NCBI GenBank assembly: GCA_038061695.1
Contig: JBBTYT010000006.1
Span: forward strand, 1 to 56,340
Length of the DNA stretch: 56,340 nt
Origin: Patescibacteria group bacterium
GTDB lineage: Bacteria > Patescibacteriota > Minisyncoccia > GWC2-36-17 > M10-OD1-4
Direction of reading: 5' to 3'
The position numbers and the translations under genes were made by a program. The notes under the pieces were generated by a model that saw nothing but the letters and a program-made list of their open reading frames with translations, did no database searches and was not told the origin of the DNA. Of the stretch, positions 38,967 to 49,196 are shown in pieces; the first letter of the stretch is position 1, and every line of letters begins with the position of its first letter.

Positions 38967-41045
38967 ATGTATTTAAAATCATTATCAGTTAAAAATTTTA
39001 GGAAATTTAAAGAATTTTCTGTTAATTTTCCATCGGATATCACTATCGTTAAAGGTCCTAATGAAAAAGGGAAGTCCACAATACTTCTTGCTATTCTTGC
39101 AGGGTTTTTTTATGATCCTAAAAAATCTAACAAAGATATAGATGCTTTAAAATCTTGGAACTCAGAAGATCTCTACGAAATGAGTTTGGCAATTGAAAAT
39201 AATGGTAATGATATTATTTTAAAAAAGGATTTTAAAGAAAAAGAGATGTCTCTTAAAAATAAGACAACCGGAGTTGATATCTCAACTTTTAAAGAAATAT
39301 CCGATTATCTTTTTGAGATAGGATCTTTAAGATCGCTTTCATTATTTGAGAGCACTGCTTGTGTTAAACACGATGCATTATCACTAATAACACAAGGTAA
39401 TAGAGAGATATCTCAAGCTCTGCAGAGTATTTTAACATCTTCATCTGAAAATGTAAGCTCTGATAAGATAATAAAAAAAGTTTCCGATGCCCTCACCGAT
39501 ATACAGAAAGGACTTAAACAGGCATCTAAAAGTCCAGGAGTTTTAAAAGATATTGAAGAGAATCTTATTTCACTTGAATCAAAGAGGGTAAAGATTGTCG
39601 CTGAATTGAATGATATTTCAAAAAAAGTTGATTATCTTAGTTCTATTCAAGTTGAATTTGATAATTTAAAAAAAGAATTTGATGCTCTCTCTTCACAATA
39701 TGAAATAAATAAAAAGTATTTTAAAATTATAGATGAGCTTGATGGTCTAAATTCACAATTTAATAAATTAGATTTGGATGTCGAAGCTCTTAAAAAGCTT
39801 GAAAAAAATAAAGAGTATATATTGTTTCAGTTGGATAAGATGAGTTCATTGGACGGTTTTGATTTAAAAGAATTTTATAATATAAATGGAAATATAAAAG
39901 ATAAAGAATCAAAGCTTGAATATTTAAAAAAATATTCTGAAAATTCTAAAGAAAAAAAATTAGGAAAAAGTAAATTAAAGATTATATTTATAAATATCGC
40001 ATTATTATTTTTTGTTCTCGGATTTTTCGGATTTTTAAATTCATTAGCTTTTGTATCATTCTTTGTTTCAATTTTATTTTTTATCATAAGTTTTTTCTTA
40101 AAAAGTAAAAATAATAGCGATGTCATCTTAAAGGAATCTGACGAGGTTGTTTTATTTAAAAAAGATTTACAAGATTTAAGAGTTAGAATAGATGATATTT
40201 TTAAAAAAAATAAAGTAAAAAATGAAGAAGAGTTGATTGTTAAAATAAAAGAGCATAACGAATTTTGTAAGGAGCTTGAAAAGACAGAGGGTAAAGAAGA
40301 GGGTATTTTAAGAGGTTTTTCTTTTGATAACTTGAAAAATGAGAGAGCGCTGATTCTTAAAAAAATAGGCATAGCAGAAGAGAAGATCTCAGATGAGCAG
40401 AAGACGAATATGCCTATTCCACAAGAACAAAGACTTCTTGAGATAGATATTGATAGAGATAAAAAGAAGCTTCAATATCTTGAAAAGGAGATATTACAAG
40501 TATTGGCTATTTCAAATCAGTATAGTCTTGATAAGGAGGATCTGATTAAGTTGGAGGAGGAGATAGAATTTCTAAAGGAAAAAAGATTTAATGTTGAAAG
40601 AAAAGTAAAAATTTTTGACTCTTTATCAATTTCTCTTAAAGAGGCTCAGTCAAGGATAATATCAAAATCAAAATCTCGTATTGAGGATTATATGAAGAAA
40701 TATTTATCTGTCATTACTGATGCTAGGTATGATCATTTGATAGTTAATGATGATCTTTCTTTTTCTGTTTGGTCTGAAGAGAAAAAAGAGATGATTATTC
40801 CTGAAAATAATCTTTCCCAAGGCACAATAGATCAGTTTTATCTTGTGGCTAGATTTGCTATCTTAGATGTTTTAAATAAGGGTAGAAAATCAATCGTTCT
40901 TTTAGATGATCCTTTTCATTCATTTGATGCAACAAGAAGAGAAAAGACAAAACAAGTTTTAAATGATTTAACAGATAAATTTCAAATTATCCTTTTTACA
41001 CATTCATCGGATTATGATGAGTGGGGAGAGGTGGTATCAATATAA
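38967..41045 (+). CDS. Rad50/SbcC-family (YhaN-like) ATPase with central transmembrane hairpin
   Basis: GPNEKGKST, coiled coils, LSQGT, LLDDPF, FTH; hydrophobic stretch at the coiled-coil apex. Confidence 0.88.
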   Translation: MYLKSLSVKNFRKFKEFSVNFPSDITIVKGPNEKGKSTILLAILAGFFYDPKKSNKDIDALKSWNSEDLYEMSLAIENNGNDIILKKDFKEKEMSLKNKTTGVDISTFKEISDYLFEIGSLRSLSLFESTACVKHDALSLITQGNREISQALQSILTSSSENVSSDKIIKKVSDALTDIQKGLKQASKSPGVLKDIEENLISLESKRVKIVAELNDISKKVDYLSSIQVEFDNLKKEFDALSSQYEINKKYFKIIDELDGLNSQFNKLDLDVEALKKLEKNKEYILFQLDKMSSLDGFDLKEFYNINGNIKDKESKLEYLKKYSENSKEKKLGKSKLKIIFINIALLFFVLGFFGFLNSLAFVSFFVSILFFIISFFLKSKNNSDVILKESDEVVLFKKDLQDLRVRIDDIFKKNKVKNEEELIVKIKEHNEFCKELEKTEGKEEGILRGFSFDNLKNERALILKKIGIAEEKISDEQKTNMPIPQEQRLLEIDIDRDKKKLQYLEKEILQVLAISNQYSLDKEDLIKLEEEIEFLKEKRFNVERKVKIFDSLSISLKEAQSRIISKSKSRIEDYMKKYLSVITDARYDHLIVNDDLSFSVWSEEKKEMIIPENNLSQGTIDQFYLVARFAILDVLNKGRKSIVLLDDPFHSFDATRREKTKQVLNDLTDKFQIILFTHSSDYDEWGEVVSI

Positions 41046-41068
41046 AAGTGTCTTTATTTTTTAAAAAA

Positions 41069-41428
41069 ATGTTAAATCATATAAAAAATTCTCCATTTCT
41101 AAGAGATTTATTTGTCTGGAAGATGATCTTTATTGGTTTTTTATTTAATCTTGCTTTTTATTATTATTTAAAAAGCGAGTCAGATTCTTTTCGTGATGGT
41201 TTAGATTACGCATCATTAATTGGACTTGACTATTCTATTTCTCAGGGTGATGGTAACTTTTATGGATTTATTTTAATTATAGCAATCATCTCTATTTTCA
41301 ATATCATTTGTTCAAGAGTTATCTATAATTATGATATTTTAGCATCATATATTCTAATTATTTCTGTGCCACTGCTTAATATTTTATATCCATTTTCTTT
41401 TCTCGTTTCCTCCTTTGTGACATCTTAA
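41069..41428 (+). CDS. Small membrane protein
   Basis: About three hydrophobic segments; ATG 41069 preferred over GTG 41021. Confidence 0.6.
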   Translation: MLNHIKNSPFLRDLFVWKMIFIGFLFNLAFYYYLKSESDSFRDGLDYASLIGLDYSISQGDGNFYGFILIIAIISIFNIICSRVIYNYDILASYILIISVPLLNILYPFSFLVSSFVTS

Positions 41429-41493
41429 TTTTGAGTATTTATTGACTTTTTTAAAGGAATGTTATAGTATTTATATAACTTAAAAATAAGTAA

Positions 41494-41590
41494 CCGTAGA
41501 CAAGGGGCCGGTTTTTAAAAACCTTAAGACCTCTCTAGGTGTATAGTATTTTACTATTTCTATTTGTCTACGGCCGAAAGGTCGTTTTTT
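41494..41590 (+). promoter_or_regulatory. Ribosomal protein L10 leader with attenuator
   Basis: CCGTAGACA...TTAA...CCT..CTAGG core upstream of rplJ, terminator ACGGCC-GAAA-GGTCGT-TTTTT, promoter TTGACT(41442)-N17-TAGTAT. Confidence 0.85.
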
Positions 41591-41638
41591 ATTGAAAATT
41601 TAATTACTTTAAAGCTATAAAAGCTATAAACTAATAAG

Positions 41639-42169
41639 ATGGCTTTAACTAGAAAACAAAAAGAAGATATATTAGATTCAATCAAAAAGAAATTACAGGA
41701 TCAAGAATCCGTTGTTTTTACTGATTTTACCGGAATTTCTGTTATGCAGTCCAGTAGTCTTAAGAAAAAGTTAAAAGAGGTAAATACTGAGTATAAGGTA
41801 ATTAAAAAGAATATTTTAATAAAAGCCATTGAGGATACGAAGATTAATGGAATTGACCCAAGAAGCTTTGAAGGATCAATGGGTGTCGCTTTTTCTTATG
41901 GTGACGCTGTTGCTCCAGCAAAGATAATATATGAATTTTCTAAGCAAGAGGGTATAGGGCAGTTTAAGATTTTAGGAGGTATTTTAAATGGTGTTGTGAT
42001 ATCTCAAAATGATGTTAACGCTCTCGCTAAACTTCCTTCTAGGGATCAATTACTTGCAAATTTACTTGCTCAGATGAACGCTCCTGTTTCTGGATTTGTC
42101 AATGTGTTGGCTGGTAATATTAAAAATTTATTCTATGTATTAAATGCTATAGGAGAAAAGAAAGCTTAA
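41639..42169 (+). CDS. rplJ: 50S ribosomal protein L10
   Basis: KVIKKN, KILGG, LAKLPSRDQL; follows the L10 leader. Confidence 0.95.
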   Translation: MALTRKQKEDILDSIKKKLQDQESVVFTDFTGISVMQSSSLKKKLKEVNTEYKVIKKNILIKAIEDTKINGIDPRSFEGSMGVAFSYGDAVAPAKIIYEFSKQEGIGQFKILGGILNGVVISQNDVNALAKLPSRDQLLANLLAQMNAPVSGFVNVLAGNIKNLFYVLNAIGEKKA

Positions 42170-42220
42170 ATTATTTTATTGAGTTATCTTAGTAAAATGA
42201 TGTAGTTATTCTTAAATAAA

Positions 42221-42619
42221 ATGTCAGAAGAAAAAAAGATAGAAGTTCCTGCTAAATTTAAGGATTTAGTAGCCCTAATAGAAAAACTTTCTGTTATTGA
42301 TTTGTCAGAGCTTGTAAAAGTTCTAGAGGAAAAATTCGGAGTATCAGCTTCAGCTCCTATGGCTGTTGCCGTAGCGCCAGTTGCTGTAGCGGATGCCGCT
42401 TCCGAGAAGACAGAGTTTACAGTTGAATTAAAAAGTGGCGGAGAGCAAAAAATTCAAGTTATCAAAGTAGTAAGAGAGATAACAGGATTGGGTCTTAAGG
42501 AGGCAAAAGATTTAGTTGATGGAGCTCCTAAGGTTGTAAAAGAAGGAGTTAAGAAGGCTGATGCTGAAGAGATGAAGAAGAAGATTGAAGCAGCGGGTGG
42601 AGCAGTAGAGCTTAAATAA
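42221..42619 (+). CDS. rplL: 50S ribosomal protein L7/L12
   Basis: [36 protein letters not shown]. Confidence 0.98.
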   Translation: MSEEKKIEVPAKFKDLVALIEKLSVIDLSELVKVLEEKFGVSASAPMAVAVAPVAVADAASEKTEFTVELKSGGEQKIQVIKVVREITGLGLKEAKDLVDGAPKVVKEGVKKADAEEMKKKIEAAGGAVELK

Positions 42620-42705
42620 GAACTTGTAATTCAAAGTAAAAAAGATAAAGAGGAATGCCTTCTGATATAATTTAATTTGAAGAAGGCCTCATCTTTTAGT
42701 GGTAA

Positions 42706-43452
42706 ATGAATGAAATACATATAGCGCTTTCTGCCGAAAAAATCACAGAATTTCTAGGTATACAGGTTACAAATACTCTTTTAATGAGTTTTATTGTGGT
42801 CGGTATTCTTTTTATTTTAGCTTTTTTTATTGGAAGAAAACCTAAGTTAATACCAGGTAGAGTTCAAATTTTATTTGAGTCTTTGTTTATATATGTTATG
42901 ACATATATGGAAGAGACTCTAGAGAGTAAGAAATTAGCTAAGAAATTTTTCCCGCTTATTTTAACGATTTTTCTTTTTATTTTTATCGCAAATCTTATAG
43001 AGTTTACTCCAGGGATAGGTTCTATTGGATTTTATGTAGGAAGCGAAACAGAACAGGAATTTATTCCATTACTGCGTTCCATGAATACCGACCTTAATAT
43101 CACATTGGCCTTGGCTATGATTTCATTTTTAGTTATTGAGATTACAGGAGTAGTAACAATAGGTTTCTTTAAATATTTCTCAAAATTTATTAATTTTAAA
43201 TCTTTTTTGGGATTTATTATAGGTATAATAGAATTGTTTTCAGAGATAGCGAGATTAATAGCGTTTTCATTTCGTCTTTTTGGGAATATATTTGCCGGTG
43301 AAGTGTTGATTTTAGTGATTACGTTTTTTGTGCCACTTGTACTTCCAGTGCCTTTGATGGCATTTGAAGTATTTGTTGGATTTATACAAGCGGCGATTTT
43401 TTCATTGCTAACTTTATTTTTTATAAAGATAGCAATAACAGAACCGCATTAG
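42706..43452 (+). CDS. atpB: ATP synthase F0 subunit a
   Basis: FSFRLFGNIFAGE, FIQAAIFSLLT. Confidence 0.96.
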   Translation: MNEIHIALSAEKITEFLGIQVTNTLLMSFIVVGILFILAFFIGRKPKLIPGRVQILFESLFIYVMTYMEETLESKKLAKKFFPLILTIFLFIFIANLIEFTPGIGSIGFYVGSETEQEFIPLLRSMNTDLNITLALAMISFLVIEITGVVTIGFFKYFSKFINFKSFLGFIIGIIELFSEIARLIAFSFRLFGNIFAGEVLILVITFFVPLVLPVPLMAFEVFVGFIQAAIFSLLTLFFIKIAITEPH

Positions 43453-43515
43453 AGAATATAATTAAAAATTAAGTTTTCAGTCAAAAGCTATCAGCTATAA
43501 GCTCAAAACTATTAA

Positions 43516-43746
<231 letters not shown>

Positions 43747-43769
43747 TAAATTTTACATAGTTAAAAAAT

Positions 43770-44219
43770 ATGGATGAGGTATTAAAGGTTTTTGGTGTAA
43801 ATTGGCATCTTGTTTTAATTCAATCGATTAATTTTGGATTGCTTTTGATTGTTCTTAATAGATTTTTATATAAACCAGTAATGAAAATTATAGATGAAAG
43901 AGCGATAAAAATAGGAAAGTGCGTTAAAGATGCTGATGAGGCGGAAAGGAAATTAAATCAAGCTGAAGAAGAGAAAAAGAAGATACTATCCACTGCTATT
44001 CAAGATGGAGACGAGATTATAAATTTATCAAGAAGAAAGGCAGAAGATGTAAAGGCAAGCTTTTTAAAAGAAGCTGAGGATAAAGGTGCTAAGATTCTTT
44101 CTGATGTTATTAAAAAAGCAGAAGAAGAAAAAAGAAAAATAATAGAAAATAGTAAATCAGAGATTGCAAAAATAACAGTTTTAGCAGTAGAAAATATTTT
44201 AAGAGAGAAATTAAAATAA
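43770..44219 (+). CDS. atpF: ATP synthase F0 subunit b
   Basis: QSINFGLLL..L.RFLYKP...DER, then coiled coil. Confidence 0.93.
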   Translation: MDEVLKVFGVNWHLVLIQSINFGLLLIVLNRFLYKPVMKIIDERAIKIGKCVKDADEAERKLNQAEEEKKKILSTAIQDGDEIINLSRRKAEDVKASFLKEAEDKGAKILSDVIKKAEEEKRKIIENSKSEIAKITVLAVENILREKLK

Positions 44220-44612
44220 ATGTTATCCGAAAAATATACACAAGCATTATACAAATTAGCAAAAGATAGATATGAGAAAGATCAGATAAGTTTTTTCTCT
44301 AATTTTTTAGAAATATTAAAAAGAAACGGTCATTATAAGCTTTTGCCAAAAATTTTAAAAAATTATGAGAGAATAGTGAGAGAGGACAAAGTTAAAATAG
44401 GTATAGAGCTGGTTATTTCTGATGTAAAATTTGAAGATCAATATAAAAAAGAGATTAAAAATTACAAGGAATATTTTAATATAAAGCAAAGTGTTAATGT
44501 TGTTATAGATCCTTCAATAATTGGCGGATTTATGATAAAAACTAAAGGTATTGTTGTTGATGCGAGTTATAAAAGGTGGCTGATTGGTTTATATCATAAA
44601 TTTATTAAATAA
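44220..44612 (+). CDS. atpH: ATP synthase F1 subunit delta (short form)
   Basis: IDPSIIGGF....VDAS; position in operon. Confidence 0.88.
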   Translation: MLSEKYTQALYKLAKDRYEKDQISFFSNFLEILKRNGHYKLLPKILKNYERIVREDKVKIGIELVISDVKFEDQYKKEIKNYKEYFNIKQSVNVVIDPSIIGGFMIKTKGIVVDASYKRWLIGLYHKFIK

Positions 44613-44639
44613 TTAATTTTTTGTCTTTTCAATAAAAAA

Positions 44640-46211
44640 ATGAGCGACTTTATTATAGAAAAATTAAAAAAAGAGATTGAAAAATTTTCACAAAATGTGG
44701 AAGTTGAAAAAGTAGGTACTGTAACAAAAGTTGCAGATGGTATTTGTGAGGTGGATGGATTATATGATGTTGGTATGTCTGAGATGGTTGTTTTTTCTGA
44801 TAAAGAAGAGAAGACGCTTGCAGAAACTATAGCAAGTCCCAGCGCAGTGTCAGGGCTTATCTTAAATATTGAAGAAAATTCTATAAAAATTGTAATTTTG
44901 GGAGATGCAAGAAAAATAAGAGAAGGTACAATAGTTAGAAGCACTGGAAATGTTCTTTCTGTTCCTGCATCTGAAAATATGATAGGTAGAGTTGTTAATG
45001 CTCTTGGAGCACCTATTGATGGTCAAGGAGATATCAAATACAAAGAGACAAGAAAAATAGAAAGGATAGCATATGGAGTTATGGATCGCTCGTCTATAGA
45101 CACGCCTTTACATACGGGTATTAAGGCCATTGATTCTATGATCCCGATTGGACGCGGACAGAGGGAGCTTATTATAGGAGATAGGTATACTGGCAAGACA
45201 ACCATCGCTATAGATACTATTTTAAATCAGAAGAATGAGCCTGAGGCAGAAAGGCCAATTTGTATTTATGTCGCTATAGGTCAGAAAGAATCAAAGACAG
45301 CAAGAATAGTGCATGAGCTTAAAGAGAAGGGGGCTATGGATTATACATTGGTTGTTTCAGCATCAGCTTCAGAGCCTGCTTCATTGCAGTTTATTGCTCC
45401 ATTTTCTGGAGTTGCGATAGCGGAATATTTTATGGAGAAAGGGAAAGATGTATTAATTATTTATGATGATCTCTCAAAGCAGGCTGTAGCCTATAGACAG
45501 ATGTCCCTTATTTTGAGACGTCCGCCGGGAAGAGAGGCATATCCAGGAGATATTTTTTATCTTCATTCAAGGCTTCTTGAGAGATCAGCTAAATTAAATA
45601 AAAAATTAGGCGGGGGATCAATAACTGCATTACCTATTATTGAAACTCAAGAAGGTGATGTTTCCGCATATATTCCCACGAATGTTATATCTATTACAGA
45701 TGGTCAAATATTTTTAAATTCTGACTTTTTTAATAAGGGTTTAAAGCCTGCCATTGATGCTGGAATATCTGTTTCTCGTGTTGGCTCAGTCGCTCAAACA
45801 AAAGCTGTTAAAAAAGTTGCAGGGAAGATAAAGCTTCAATTAGCTCAATTCAGAGAGCTGGAGGCATTTATGCAGTTTTCTCAGGATTTAGATGCAGATA
45901 CAAAAGCAAGTATAGAGAAGGGGAGAAGACTTGCAGAAATATTAAAACAAAAAAATGGCAATCCATTAGGATTTGAAAAACAGGTCGTATCAATCTATTC
46001 TGCTATAAATGGATTCTTTGATGATGTTCCTGTGAGTAATGTTGCAGATACTGAAGCAAAGCTTATTACTTATATTCAAAATCAGAAAAATGAAATATTA
46101 AACAGTATAAAATCAGAAAAAAATCTTTCAGAAGAAACAGAAAGAAAGCTCAAAGATGCTATGAAGATTTTTAAAGATACACACAGCGAATTATTTTCTT
46201 TGAAAGCGTAA
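44640..46211 (+). CDS. atpA: ATP synthase F1 subunit alpha
   Basis: [35 protein letters not shown]. Confidence 0.98.
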   Translation: MSDFIIEKLKKEIEKFSQNVEVEKVGTVTKVADGICEVDGLYDVGMSEMVVFSDKEEKTLAETIASPSAVSGLILNIEENSIKIVILGDARKIREGTIVRSTGNVLSVPASENMIGRVVNALGAPIDGQGDIKYKETRKIERIAYGVMDRSSIDTPLHTGIKAIDSMIPIGRGQRELIIGDRYTGKTTIAIDTILNQKNEPEAERPICIYVAIGQKESKTARIVHELKEKGAMDYTLVVSASASEPASLQFIAPFSGVAIAEYFMEKGKDVLIIYDDLSKQAVAYRQMSLILRRPPGREAYPGDIFYLHSRLLERSAKLNKKLGGGSITALPIIETQEGDVSAYIPTNVISITDGQIFLNSDFFNKGLKPAIDAGISVSRVGSVAQTKAVKKVAGKIKLQLAQFRELEAFMQFSQDLDADTKASIEKGRRLAEILKQKNGNPLGFEKQVVSIYSAINGFFDDVPVSNVADTEAKLITYIQNQKNEILNSIKSEKNLSEETERKLKDAMKIFKDTHSELFSLKA

Positions 46212-46234
46212 AATGAAAATCGCAAAATTATTCT

Positions 46235-47170
46235 ATGTCACTTAAGTCAATAAAAAATAAAATACGATCTATTAGTAAGACAAAGCAGGTTACAAAGGCT
46301 ATGGAGTCTGTTTCTGCAGTTAAGATGCGGAAAAGTCAAAAGTCTGCTCTTGATACAAGGCATTACGCTACGCATGCTTTTAATATTTTAAAAAGGATTA
46401 GCGGAAGTATAGATGGAGCGACATCTCACTCATTAATGACAGAAAGAGACATTAAGAGAACTTGCATATTTATCATTACAAGCGATAAGGGATTGGCAGG
46501 AAGTTTAAATAGCGCTGTTATTAAAAGAGTTATTAGTAATATGACTGAGAATAAGCTTGATAAAAATAACGCAGGTATAATTTGTATAGGTAGAAAGGGT
46601 TATGAGTATTTTCTAAAAAGAGGATTTAAGATAGAAAAATATTATGAAAAATTAGGAGATGATGCTCCAGTAACTCTTTTAAAAGATGTTTCAGATCTTA
46701 TTGTTAATTTATATGAAAATTACGAATACGATCTTTTTCAAATTTTTTATACAAACTTTATCTCTACAGCGGAACAGAATGCTATCGCGATGACAATGCT
46801 TCCAATTAAGTATAATGAAATAAAAAAGATAATTGAAGGTATTTTGCCAAAGAAAGGAAGGTATTCTAAGGCTAAAGAGGTTATTGACGGAAAAGATGAT
46901 AATGACGTTAAACTCTATCTCTTTGAGCCAGGCGCAAAAGAGATTTTAAATGAATTATTACCTTTTTTATTAAATATTCAGATTTATTATTCTTTTTTGG
47001 AGGCAAAGGCTTCAGAACATTCCGCGAGAATGGTTTCCATGAAGAATGCTTCTGATAAGGCAGATGAATTGTCAAAGGATTTGAAACTATCCTTTAATAA
47101 GGCTCGTCAAGCTTCTATTACTAGAGAGATTAGTGAGATTACAGGAGGCATAGAGGCGATGACAAATTAA
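46235..47170 (+). CDS. atpG: ATP synthase F1 subunit gamma
   Basis: TKAMESV, SDKGLAG, SEHSARM, NKARQASITREI. Confidence 0.97.
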   Translation: MSLKSIKNKIRSISKTKQVTKAMESVSAVKMRKSQKSALDTRHYATHAFNILKRISGSIDGATSHSLMTERDIKRTCIFIITSDKGLAGSLNSAVIKRVISNMTENKLDKNNAGIICIGRKGYEYFLKRGFKIEKYYEKLGDDAPVTLLKDVSDLIVNLYENYEYDLFQIFYTNFISTAEQNAIAMTMLPIKYNEIKKIIEGILPKKGRYSKAKEVIDGKDDNDVKLYLFEPGAKEILNELLPFLLNIQIYYSFLEAKASEHSARMVSMKNASDKADELSKDLKLSFNKARQASITREISEITGGIEAMTN

Positions 47171-47366
47171 TTATAAAGCAGCCAAGATTATTACTAATTC
47201 TAAAAATAGAAAGCATATTGACCTTATATATAATTTAGAATATTATATATAGTTATTAGGAGATTAATAAGTATAAGCATTGCTAAGGCAATGTTTGAAA
47301 TTGCTTTGCTCGTCCGTCACGAAAATGAATTTTCGCGTTGGCTAGCCGGTAATTATAATAAAAACT

Positions 47367-47837
47367 ATGGTGAATCAAGGGGATCAAGAATATGTAACAA
47401 AAGAAAGACGAGAAGAGCTCCAGATTGAGTTGGAGGATTTAAAGACATCAAAAAGACAGGAGATTTCAAAGAGAATTGAAGATGCAAAGAAATTTGGAGA
47501 TCTTTCTGAAAATGCAGAGTATATGGAAGCAAAAGAGTCTCAAGAGATGAATGAAAAAAAAGTGGCAGAGCTTGAGGTATTTTTGAAAAATGCTATTTTA
47601 ATTATAAAAGCAAAATCTACAGGTGATGTCCAGATAGGATCAACTCTTGAAGTGGAGTCAAGCGCTGGAAAAAGAGAATTTACAATTGTTGGGTCAGAGG
47701 AGGCAGATCCTGCTATTGGAAAAATTTCAAATCAGTCACCGATAGGTTCAGCATTTCTAGGAAGTAGAGAAGGCGACTCCGTGGATGTTCAAACACCAAA
47801 AGGAGTTGTTAAGTATAAAATTATCAAAATAAAATAA
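47367..47837 (+). CDS. greA: Transcription elongation factor GreA
   Basis: GDLSENAEY, IVGSEEADP, IS..SPIG; promoter TTGACC(47218)-N17-TATTAT. Confidence 0.96.
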   Translation: MVNQGDQEYVTKERREELQIELEDLKTSKRQEISKRIEDAKKFGDLSENAEYMEAKESQEMNEKKVAELEVFLKNAILIIKAKSTGDVQIGSTLEVESSAGKREFTIVGSEEADPAIGKISNQSPIGSAFLGSREGDSVDVQTPKGVVKYKIIKIK

Positions 47838-47876
47838 TAGTTTTTGATTCAAGAAATCATCTGCTATAAATAAGGC

Positions 47877-47923
47877 GTAACAAAACTAGCACTCTTGACG
47901 AAGAGTGCTAGTTTTGTTACACT
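47877..47923 (+). promoter_or_regulatory. CIRCE-like operator inside a 20-bp perfect inverted repeat, overlapping the hrcA promoter
   Basis: CTAGCACTC-N8-GAGTGCTAG (47886-47911); TTGACG(47895)-N17-TACACT(47918) with extended TG. Confidence 0.9.
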
Positions 47924-47943
47924 TGTTAAGAAGTAAATTTTTT

Positions 47944-48648
47944 ATGACAGAAAGACAGATATCAATATTATTTGCAGTAGTGCAAGAATATATAAAAAGC
48001 GCTCAACCTGTTGGATCAAAGCTTATTTTTGACAAGTATGATTTTAATATAAGTCCGGCAACATTCAGAAGTATTTTTTCTGAATTGGAAGATATGGACT
48101 ATTTATATCAGCCTCATACATCATCAGGAAGAGTGCCTACAGATAAAGGATATAGGCTTTTTGTGAACTACCTTTTAGATAGAAGAATAGTTGAAAAAGA
48201 GAAGATGCAGAGAGTGTTTTCTGAATTATTAAAAACAAAAAGAAAGCAGGATAATATATTTTCAGATCTTGCAAAGTCAATATCTGAAATGTCGCAAAGT
48301 ATAGTATTTTCAGGTCCTTTAAATTCAAAAATATTTTTTAAATCAGGAATGAATGAGATGTTATCACAACCGGAATTTAATGATATTTCTTTTAGGAAAG
48401 AGTTTGGAAATATCATTGATACTTTTGAAGATAATATGCCAAATATATTGAGAAGGATGCATGAAGATAATTTTTCAGTTTTTATAGGAGGTGAAAGTCC
48501 ATTTAAGGGTTCAAGCGATCTTTCAATGATAGTGTCAAAATGTAATTTATCAGGTTCAGATAGTATTGTTGTAATCTTGGGTCCAAAAAGAATGAATTAT
48601 GAAAAGAATATAGATTTAATTAATTCGTTAATAAAATTATTACAATGA
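47944..48648 (+). CDS. hrcA: Heat-inducible repressor HrcA (short form, 234 aa)
   Basis: MTERQ, PVGS, SPATFR, QPHTSSGRVPTDKGYR, LGPKRMNY. The GTG 47905 start lies inside the CIRCE and was rejected. Confidence 0.93.
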   Translation: MTERQISILFAVVQEYIKSAQPVGSKLIFDKYDFNISPATFRSIFSELEDMDYLYQPHTSSGRVPTDKGYRLFVNYLLDRRIVEKEKMQRVFSELLKTKRKQDNIFSDLAKSISEMSQSIVFSGPLNSKIFFKSGMNEMLSQPEFNDISFRKEFGNIIDTFEDNMPNILRRMHEDNFSVFIGGESPFKGSSDLSMIVSKCNLSGSDSIVVILGPKRMNYEKNIDLINSLIKLLQ

Positions 48649-49154
48649 AAGAAGAAAATAATAAAGAAGAAGTTGTAAATACAGAGGATGATGAGCTTTC
48701 TTTATGTGAAAAGCAGAGAGATGAATATCTGGAATTATCCAAAAGATTAAAAGCCGACTTTGTTAATTTAAAAAAGGATTCGGATGATTATAGCATAAGG
48801 ATAAGAGAAATTGTAAATGAAGGGCTTATATTAAAAATATTACCTATTTTAGATTCTTTTGACCTCGCTTTAAAATATACGCCGAATGATTTAAAAGAGA
48901 ATAATTGGGTAAAGGGAGTATTAAGTATAAAGGGGCTCTTTGATGGTATTTTAAAATCTATCGGAATTGAAGAGGTTAAAGTTATCGGTGAAATCTTTGA
49001 TGCAAATTTGCATGAAGCTATCGTAGAGGAGGAGTCAGATAAAGATGAGGGTGTTATTTTGGAAGAGTTGCAAAAAGGATATAAATTAAATAATAAATTA
49101 ATTAGAGCATCAAAAGTAAAAATTAGTAAGCATAAGATGTCCGAAGAGCTATAG
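48645..49154 (+). CDS. grpE: Nucleotide exchange factor GrpE
   Basis: ADFVN, LPILD, FDANLHEA, QKGY.L...LIR..KV. Confidence 0.95.
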   Translation: MKEENNKEEVVNTEDDELSLCEKQRDEYLELSKRLKADFVNLKKDSDDYSIRIREIVNEGLILKILPILDSFDLALKYTPNDLKENNWVKGVLSIKGLFDGILKSIGIEEVKVIGEIFDANLHEAIVEEESDKDEGVILEELQKGYKLNNKLIRASKVKISKHKMSEEL

Positions 49155-49196
49155 TTATCTTAGGATAACTATAATTTAAAGGATTAATATAAAACA

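Noticed and set aside
49150-49173. Hairpin TATAGTTATC/GATAACTATA between grpE and dnaK
   Set aside because: No U-tract; probably an ordinary mRNA stabiliser.
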